Made by a program: the position numbers and the translations under genes. This document shows, in pieces, positions 54,797-64,000 of a DNA stretch of 64,000 nucleotides (positions are counted from its first letter, which is position 1; each line of letters starts with the position of its first letter). This stretch comes from the human T2T-CHM13v2.0 reference genome, Homo sapiens: NCBI RefSeq assembly GCF_009914755.1, contig NC_060930.1; one strand, 5' to 3'. Under the pieces are notes generated by a model that made no database searches, was not told where the DNA came from, and was given only the letters and a program-made list of their open reading frames with translations.

Positions 54797-56600
54797 TGAT
54801 TTATTCACAGAGTATGTAATTGTGCATTTAGAAAATCTTGAAGGATCTTAATAAAAAGTCACTAGAAATGAGTGAATTTAACAAGGTTGGAAAATACAAA
54901 ATTATAAAAAATCATTATTTCTATATACTGTTAGCAATAAAAAATTGGCAAATAAAATGTTAAGCAATAATATTAAGAAGCCAGCTCTCTCCAAATCTGT
55001 GTACAGGCTCAGCACACTACCAATAGCATTTTATAATTAGAAATTGACCATGTCATTCTAAAATTTATATGTAAAAAGTACCTTTCACAAAAGAATTAAT
55101 TTTGAGCATTCATAATGTCTTATTTGAAGACATACTGGGTAAAGGTATAGCAACCAAGGCAGGGTGGCATTGACATTATCATAAGGGGAATCATATAGGT
55201 CTATGGAACAGATTAGAACATAAGTAGATTTCTGAAACTTATTCTCCATTTTAAGGGGACACCATTTAGTCTTTCACCATTAAGCATAATGAAAACTAGA
55301 GCTATCATTATGAGATTCAGAAATTTTATTTACATTGCTAGTTTGCCTAATTTTTCAGGTGAATAGGTGTTAAATTAATCAACTGTTTTTACCTACTAAT
55401 ATGGGCATCTAATTTCTCCCCTTTACTTTTTAATATGGTGAATTACACTGAATTTTTTATAATAAACCAAAACTTGCTTTATTTGAATAAACCCCACTTG
55501 GACATGAAGCATTATTCATCTTATATATGCCTGGATTTGGTTTGCTAATATATTTCCTTTTGAGGTTAAGCTCATGAATGTCATAGTTCCATAGTTTTTC
55601 TCTCTTGTGATGATTTTTTCCGTTCATAGAAATATTAGTCTTATAAATTGGGAAATACTCTTTCTCTATTTTCTGAGGGTTTATATAGAATTACTATAAA
55701 TTTTCCTTAAATAGTTTATGGAATTTTATTGGTGAAGCCATCTGTGTCTGCAGTTTTCTCTGTGGAAAATTGTTAAGTTGTAAATTCAATTTATTTAATA
55801 GATAAAAAATTACTTAGATTTTCTATTTCTTCTTACACTTTATTGGCAAAATATTCGTATTTCAAATAATTTGCCTATTTTATCCTGGCCAGGGGTCAGA
55901 AAAATTTCTCTAAAGGGCCAGATAGTAAATGTTTTAAGCTTGGTAGGCCAAGAGTCAACATCAAGATTATTAACTAAATATTTATGTAATAAAAAATAAA
56001 TTTCATAAATAGTGATAATAGAGTATATTTTTATGTATTACAGATCTACTACACTGGGTAATACAGGTCAATGAATAAGAATAATTAGTTTCTTCTTTTG
56101 AGGGATTATATTTCAATTACTTGGAATTGAACTTAAAACACTGTAGAGTTACAACTGCTTCACTGAAATCTGTAGTATGCAGAAGAGTAGTGTGATACAA
56201 TGACATAAAAAGTCTGTATAGCAGCCACTCAACTCTGCCATTGTAGAATGAAAGTTATCAAAGTTGTCATTTCTATATATAAAAATGATATGTGTGGCTA
56301 TGTTACAATGAAACTTTATTCATGGGCACTGATGTGAATTTTATGTAATTTCCACATCTCAAATATTATTCTTCTATTGATTGTAGTCCATGAGCTAATA
56401 TACAAAATAGGCAGTGGGAAGAACTGGACCATGGAATGTGGTTTGCTGACCCTTGTTCTAGGTGGTCAAAATTATTGATATACTTGTGTTGTTAACATTG
56501 CCTTATAAATGTTTTAGCATCTGTAGTTTCTCTGGTGATGATGTGTCTTTCTTTCTTAATATTAACAATGAACATGCTGTTTTCAAAAGAATCATCTGAA
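54797..56600. mobile_element. Old L1M ORF2 fragments: plus strand about 54797-55230, minus strand about 55240-55889 and 56456-56600
   Basis: Plus piece resembles 1600-2200 of the first L1 in this window. Minus piece (tttcaccattaagcataatg; ggtgaagccatctg) resembles the region upstream of about 1480. Confidence 0.65.
55890..56455 (+). mobile_element. MER58/Cheshire-type hAT DNA transposon deletion derivative
   Basis: Terminal inverted repeats caggggtcagaaaa ... gtttgctgacccttg; internal taaagggccagatagtaaat and actcaactctgccattgtag. Confidence 0.85.
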
Positions 56601-58509
56601 TGAATGTGAAATAGACAAATTTTAGAAATTTTAATTTATCAAATTTTTCATATATATTTTAAAGCAAAATAAATTTGATTTTTTAATTTAAGTGTTTTGG
56701 TTTTGGACAAATGTTTTCAATAAATTGAGTAATAAATAAAACACACATTTTAGTAGTTATTTATTTCCATGTACAGAACCCTATAAAAATTAAAGAACAT
56801 TGAATAGGAAAATACCACAACAATCCAAGTGGCATGAGATCATGTGCTATGGCAGTAGAGGATTGAATGTAGAGATAAAAACAGATTTCAGGATTCTTTT
56901 AGAGTATACCAGGTATAAAAGGGGTCTCTAATATGCAAAGTTAATAAGAGCATGGGGAGTTTATGACCAAAAATTTAAAAAGGCATATACAATCTTGAAC
57001 TGAAATTAAATTAGCAACTAAACTACAAATTCGTGAGAAGAAGAATTAATTTTATATAGAAAATAAAAGGGAAGCACTCCATAAAAATCTTTGTATGCCC
57101 TGTGATAAAGGAATTAACTTGATATTTTAAATCAAGCTCTTGCATATAAAACCACATTGACAGCATTACTTAAGCTAATCATGTTCATTAATCTTTTAAG
57201 TTTGGTGGTTTATTATAACTTCATAACATTTTAAATATTTAAAAATCTATGATAATATGTATTTCAGAAAAAACATTTTAATATTATATTTTAATAAAAA
57301 TAATGTTTCCCATTGGAAATAAAAGTTCTTAATTATTTTATTCTAAATTTATTAAAGCTCAATTATTTCCACATAAGTGCAAAACATATTATTAATCGAA
57401 TATTTCTTAATTTTCATAAAATTCCTGTTTTGAGTCCATAACCTTCAAATTGTAGTGCATATACTTTGAGATTAAATATTTTTTCCAGACATTAGATATG
57501 TCAGAGACAGTTTTCCATTTTAGAAATTAGGCAAGTGAAACACTCAGTGTCTGATGATTAAACCAGGATATTACCGCACAATTAAATGCTCTGGATTTTT
57601 AAGAATGTACTATAGTCACTCATTGTTTTCTTTCACTTTGTTTTGTCACATTTTCATTTGATCTTAAAAGTAAATTTCATGAAGGTAATTCTTTCTAGTC
57701 TGATTTAACGTACTGTACACAGTCTAGGGATTATATATCTACATTTTCAATTATTTATAGAAGCTCTTAACCTTCATTTCCAATTTGTTCTCCGTATTCT
57801 GTTTCTCAAAAAATACAGGCTGATATTCTTTGTTTTTTTCTGTGATTTAAAAACTTAAAAGTTTCTAAAACTATAACATACAATTTTTTGAAGTTTGTCA
57901 TAATTGTATTTGGATAGAAAACCTGACCTGAATGAGGCTATTTAAGTTTATATTTATCCCAATTAGTGTGAATACTCACATATTTTATTTAAGTCATATG
58001 ATTACAGAGTGTTGAGTCAGAATTTGTCAGAGTTGTTTAGTAATAACCAATTCATGTACTCTAATAGTTTTCTAAAATCTGGAAAAAAATATTAAATCCA
58101 AAACATATCTCTTCTCTGGTGGTTTGAACAATGAATTTACGGACTCCTACAATCAAAGAGATCCACAATCCGTATACAGCACACAGATTTTGATTCCTTG
58201 CCGATCGTTTCTCTATCAGAATGACCTGGGTTTTATTTGGCTTCTTCCCGATCTCTTAAAATAGCTCACTCATGTCCAAAAACTTGTACCCCCACCAATT
58301 ACTTATTTTAATATTTTATTCTTCCGAATTTAGTACCTTGTGCCAAATTACTAATAATACTCCAAGGTATCCAATATCTGCAAACAAGTTTTTTTCAGAG
58401 AAACTTATTCAGTGGCATACCATTGTTTACTTATCATCAAATTCTCCCGATGTCCATTATACTGTCATTTTAATGGTGACATCCTCCTATTATATCTGCC
58501 TTTGCTGAA

Positions 58510-59030
58510 TTCTTCATTCATTCATTAATCCATTCATTCATTCATTTATTCATTCATAAGATCATCTGAGAAAATAAGCTATGATCTGAAGGAAGAGTGA
58601 GAATTAAGATGAAGGTAAACTTTTGTGCAACTTAGCTTTTCAGGGAAATCAAGCATTATCTGCAGAGTTCCTAAGAAAATAATAGTTTTGGTAGCTTGAT
58701 TAACAGTGAAAGAACGATAATGTGATTAAAACATATGGACTAAGGATGAGCATAGGAAAAATATAAAGTTAGAGAAATAGGCAGGGACTAAATATTTCAA
58801 GTTCTTGTGAAACGTTAAAAATTGTAATTTTTATTCCAAGGGAAATAGGTTACAATGAAAATTTTTAAGATGATAAAGAATATAGTCAAATTTACATTGC
58901 AATAAAGAATATGGCTGCTATATGAAGACTTGATCAGAGAGGTACAACAATGGATGTAACCAGTTTAAAGGCTATTGCTCTAATTTAGGTAAAAACTAAT
59001 GATAGTTTAGACAAGAACATGATATGAATC
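58510..59030 (-). mobile_element. L2 fragment with (TTCA)n terminus
   Basis: ttcattcattcatt run at 58513-58557, followed by degenerate L2-like sequence. Confidence 0.55.
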
Positions 59031-59214
59031 AGGATAATAGTTATATATATGTACACACATATATAAGTGTGTATATATGTATATATACATATTTATTTAA
59101 GTAAAAAGATTTGTAATAGGTTTCTCTTTTTTTAAGTTGATACGTTCTGGTTTTATTTCTTCATAGGAATGTTGAGGAAATTCAACAGTTTGAGAAATAA
59201 ATTTGTTTATATTA

Positions 59215-59712
59215 ATGATGCCAAAGGAAAATTGCACTAACGAAGTTAAACCAGAAAGGAAGCCTTTATTTAAGACTATTGCAATGGGGAAGAGAGATTG
59301 AATGGAAAAACCACTGAAAACAAAAGTCAGGAGAGGTTTTAAGTGCTGCGATGAGCCAATGGAAAAATACTCAAGGATTTTACACAAGAAGTTGGTCAAT
59401 GTGTTAGGCCATTTGTTTGTGAATTGGCCTTCTTAAACTCCTACAGATACTGGGAAACGGGGCCACTATCTTTCTTGATGATTAGATCTCAAAGGATGTC
59501 TTAGAATGTCCTAGAGAAAGACATTCCTGGCTTGTAAAATTGTCAAAAGTGTGGAAGAATATTTACACCTCAAAGGGACAGAGAAAGAATATGCAATTGC
59601 AACTTTTATAAAATAAGTACTCTAAGAAAATGGGACTCAGGTGCCTACAGTTAGAAGTAAACTTTTCTAACATTTAGTCAAGCTGATGGGAACATTAAGG
59701 CCTTCTCCAATG
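59215..59712 (-). mobile_element. Solo ERV1 LTR (MER31/MER67-like)
   Basis: ctttattaagactattgcaatgggg; gagaaagacattcctgg; ctcaaagggacagagaaagaat...ctctaagaaaa; tttagtcaagctga. Confidence 0.7.
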
Positions 59713-61049
59713 GGTAGTAAGCAAATTCAGGTGAAATAATCTGTAGGTCCTGAAGAAGTCCAAAGCTGATTGTGTTCTGAATTCTGTAAAGCAAGCTTAT
59801 AGAAAAGATTTGTGATCAAAAAGGTAAATACTGGTTTGAAGGTATAAAAGTCACCACTGTGGACAGGTTTGAACATAAATAAGGTAGTAGAGGAAAACTT
59901 ATTGAAAATAAGACATAGGTAAACTGAGGAGTAAGTAGTCTAATGGATTTGTGAATTATAGAGATGGCAGGTAGCAAATAAACATAAAATCTAGGTTACC
60001 AGGACTTAATTAAATGAACAAGAGTGCCTGGAATATTACATGATGTCAGAAGGAAAAGGGAGAGAATGTTCTAAAAAATGGTAGTAAGCCTCAGAACAAA
60101 AGCTCTTTATAGGGGAACAGAGTCTGGCAACAGCTGAGTAGCCTGTTATTTCTGAAGTATATGGTGAAAGGAACCAATAAAGAATCAGCACTTCAAGGTC
60201 ATAAGGGAGAGAGTGTCCTCAGCCAAACCTTCCGCTTTGCTTAAAGGAAGAAGGTGGAAGTGAAAAGAGACTGAGTGTTTAGAATACTTGCTAAATATCA
60301 GAGAGAGCTCCAGAAGGTAAGTGTAAATTGTTCAGAAATAGGGAAATTGAATACTGGGTCAGTGACAAGAAAGTAAATAGAATTAGGAAGATAAAGGTGC
60401 AAGTGGATTGAAGGTGAAGAATATTGGGTCCTATAACATGGAGGTTGAGAGCCATGGGGAATTCAGCAATCTTGGGAGTAAGATGAACAATGAAAATCTT
60501 GGAGGGAGAGATGAGCAATGAACCTACATGATAGAAGTCTAAGCTCACTCACTCAGGAGGAGTTGTGGACTTAGAGGTTACAGTATACCATTGCCTTGGG
60601 GTACTATGGGTAAAACCTTGCAGCTGTAGTTTGGGTCGTGTGTCCATCCATAAGTATTAGCTTTCTCAGATTTAGACCATGTCTATGATTGGTTTACAGT
60701 TTTTCTTTAAAGCTTTTTCATGTGAGAGAAATAGAATGTAGCCAATTTTCATGTTTCTTAAATGTGAATGATTGGGATATCCTTTTAAAGGGACAAGAGC
60801 ATTATTGTAGGCCTCCCATGTTAATTCAAAATAAATTCATTACAATGTGGTTTAAGTTTGTATACACATAACAGAGCTATTTATTGAAATGTTAAATTTT
60901 ATTATCCCTATACTTTTTCCTTTTTGGATTCTGCATTATCTTCTTTTCCTTTTGGATGTTTGGTAAGACTAAGAACATAAGGTCCTTATAGGAGGTCCTC
61001 TTAATTGCTTAACTATTTAAGACATAGGGTCATGAATAAAATTTAAGGG

Positions 61050-62660
61050 ATATGAAAATTATGAGGTAATTTTAGAGTTTTTAATAATTAAGATGCTTAT
61101 GGAAAACCCAAGTTTAAGATGTCTATTAGGCAACTGGATATATGGGTCTGGAGTTCATGAAATAGATCTGGGATAAACATATATATTTAGAATTTATCAT
61201 CATTTAAATAATAAAAGAGGATATAGATATCACCCAAGGAAATAAAGTAACAAGAGGAAAAACAGGTTGTTACCAGAGGACAACAAGCACTGAGAGTGTT
61301 TAAAGAGAAAAAGAAACATATTAATTAAATTTAGAAGTGGCTAGAGAAGTAGCAGGAAATCCAGAATGGTGTTACTGGAATAAATTAAAGGGAAAATATC
61401 AAGACACAATTAAAAGTAGAAAGCTAAAGTGTTATCTGGTTTCAAAACAGAAAAATGATAATGTCATTTTTACTTTTGCTATAGTAGTTGACTATTTCAA
61501 TGAAGAAGTGGTTGGGTAATGAAACAAAGGAAAGAAAGAGTGAAGTAGTTTAGGAATTCATTAGAAGTATGGAAGGCAAAACCTCAAGTAAAAAAGCAAA
61601 TTTCTGAAAGAATGTAGAGATATAGGCTGGTACCTAGAATAAGGTACAGAATATAGAAATTAACTATTTTTCAGAGAATGTGCAAGAAAACATGTGTTTA
61701 AATGTTAAAGAGCCAATAGTAACAGATGCCAGATAATAAAAGACTTGGAATACTTTGTCAGGAGATCTTTAGTAAAGTGGTAGCTGACTTACATGGTAGA
61801 TTTTATCCAGAACATAAGTGGAGAAAGACAAATGTGACTTATTAGATATGAAAAAAGGATGTGTGGACAGATGGATGGAATTTTGGGCATAAAAGGCAAT
61901 CAGTTTCTACATGGGCACAGAGGAATGATTATGTTTGATAGATTCTATCTTCTCAGTAAATCAGAGATAATCTATTTAGAGTGAGGAAAGGTGGTAGGTG
62001 TAGGGAGTGGAGTAAGTGAAGAAGGTTTGAAAGAACCCTGGAAAATAATGATAGATTAAACTTATTGGGAAAACAGAACAATTGTATGGTAACACTAAAA
62101 GACCATGGAGGCCGAACCTCAAATTTTCTGGTGTTAAAAATCCGTTGTATACACAATGAAATTTTTCTTTGGTCAGGTTCAGTTGCCTTGGTGAAGGGGT
62201 GAAAATAGCATGTAGTTTAGTTACCCTGGACTGGTGGTTTTACATACTGCAGTTGTGAGTATACATAGAGGCTTAGTTGAATTGATCTACAAGAAGAATA
62301 GCTTACATGGGAAAATAACAATACATGATAGGGTCTAATAGATTGAGAGAAAAAGGTGAAGTTAGAAACCAGATGTTGAATAGGTTAAAGAACACCTGCA
62401 CAGTGAATAATTGAGGGAAAGAATGGAAAGAACAGCATTCTTTTCAGATATTAATTTTAATTTTAAGATTTCCATACAAAACATTTACTCAAAAATATGT
62501 ACTGAGCATTTTCTGTATATAATAAATTGTCCTTAGCATTACAGAAGTGAAGATGGGGCAAGTTTTTTGCTATTATGAAGGTTAAATTCTAGCCAGGTGG
62601 ATAATAACAAAATAAAGAATAATTTGGTTTCATAGTTTCTATTACAGAGGTGACTGAGAA
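61050..62660 (-). mobile_element. Several degenerate L2 fragments
   Basis: gatgtctattaggcaactggatatatgggtctggagttca (61120-61160); aaatatgtactgagcatttt (about 62495). Confidence 0.5.
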
Positions 62661-63476
62661 TAAAAAACAAACAAAAAAACAGCAAAAAACTAAAAAACAA
62701 CATTTTTGAGCTCCCTCAACCAGAAACGCTATTTACAATGCCACATAGATAGTGTCATGTCATTCTTGTACTGTCCAATTGGGAAAGGCAGTCATCACCT
62801 TATAACACAGGAAGGTACTTTTATAGTTGAACAGAATGAGAATTAATTCCTACCATCACCACAGCATTGGCAGGACACAATATCCTGACCCTGGGCATAG
62901 AACTAAGATCAGAAAGCTGTAGGGTCACAAAGATACAAAGAAAAGCCACTCTAAAGCTAGCTGGTAGTATATGGCCAACTATTTTACAGACATGTTGCAG
63001 GTATTCAAACTGCTTGCAATTTGATTGATTTAAACTGTATTTGTGGTGAGTTTTGAGGGTGTTTATTAATAATGACAGAGAATATGGATATTATAGAAGG
63101 GATGGATATGCCAGTATATATTTACACGTGAAAAAAAAATCAAGGAATGAACAAAAGAGAAGGAACAGAACTTTCAAAATATATTAACATAAACAGAGTA
63201 AAGAAATTTTCCTTTACTACCAAAAATTAAGAATTTTTGCTAATTTTTATGAATAAAATAATTATAAATTATTTTAGAAAACAAAGAATTTGGACTTGTA
63301 AGTTGTGTCTTTTACTAGTTTTGTTTCTTTTATCAATATTGCGATATAGATCTAAGTTCATTGTATGTGTTAGTTATTCTCAACTCTATTGACTCCACAC
63401 ATCTCTAATTCTTTTTTATATTATTTTTAATAAATATCTAAAACACGTCAGTCTTCTGGCTTTTAGTATCCACATT

Positions 63477-64000
63477 GTGTATTTTTGTTACTCTGGCTGT
63501 TTAACAAATTTTCCCAAAACTTAGTAGTATATTACAAACATTTATTATACCCTTAGATTTTTGTAAGTCAGGAATTTGGACAGAGTGTAGTGGGATTGCC
63601 TTGTCTCTACTCCACAATGTGCTGGGGCACAGACGCAAGAGTTGATACCTGGAGGCTGGAGTCATCTGATGGCTTGTGCACTCATATGTCTAGTGGGTGT
63701 TGCTGGCTCTTGGCTAGAGGCCCCATTCCTCTGTTTATGCATTCTCTTTGTGAGTGCCAGTTTGGGCTTTCTCACAGCATAGTAGGTGATTTCCAGTGGG
63801 AAATGTGTTGGGAGAGAAAGAGAGAGCAAGAAGAAGAGGAAAGAGAGAAGAAAGCCATATCACTTTTTATAACCTAGACTAGGAAGTAATACAACATCAT
63901 TTCTACATATTTCTTAAGACACGAAGTTCTGTCCAGATTCAAAGGGAGGACATAAGGCAGATTCCAACTCATTTCTGGAAGATCATGATACTGAAAATAT
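63477..64000 (-). mobile_element. MLT1 (G/H-like) LTR
   Basis: taacaaattttcccaaaacttagtag...gtcaggaatttggacag...tgtctctactccacaatg...ccagattcaaagggagg. Confidence 0.8.

Overview
AT-rich, CpG-poor primate (probably human or great-ape) DNA, intergenic or deep-intronic. I can support no protein-coding gene, RNA gene or CRISPR array. The ORF track is explained by decayed retroelements, simple repeats or chance. The window is a layered archive of transposable elements. It holds old L2, MIR and L1M fragments, L1MA and L1PA/PB LINEs, a young L1PA2-type insertion, Alu elements, a complete THE1 provirus, solo MaLR and ERV LTRs, a two-LTR MER61-like ERV1 element and hAT DNA transposon relics. It also holds an AT-rich minisatellite. 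The most unusual observations are rearrangement scars. (1) In one THE1 element the second LTR is preceded by a duplicated 55-bp copy of the upstream host flank. (2) A CpG-rich half-AluY sits exactly where an L1 loses its 3' part. (3) Two short segments (about 55 and 77 bp) are duplicated at 1-2 kb distance. (4) An AT-rich minisatellite beside an Alu ends in a perfect 42-bp palindrome. I found no convincing new coding system. Subfamily names come from recalled consensus motifs and need RepeatMasker/Dfam confirmation.
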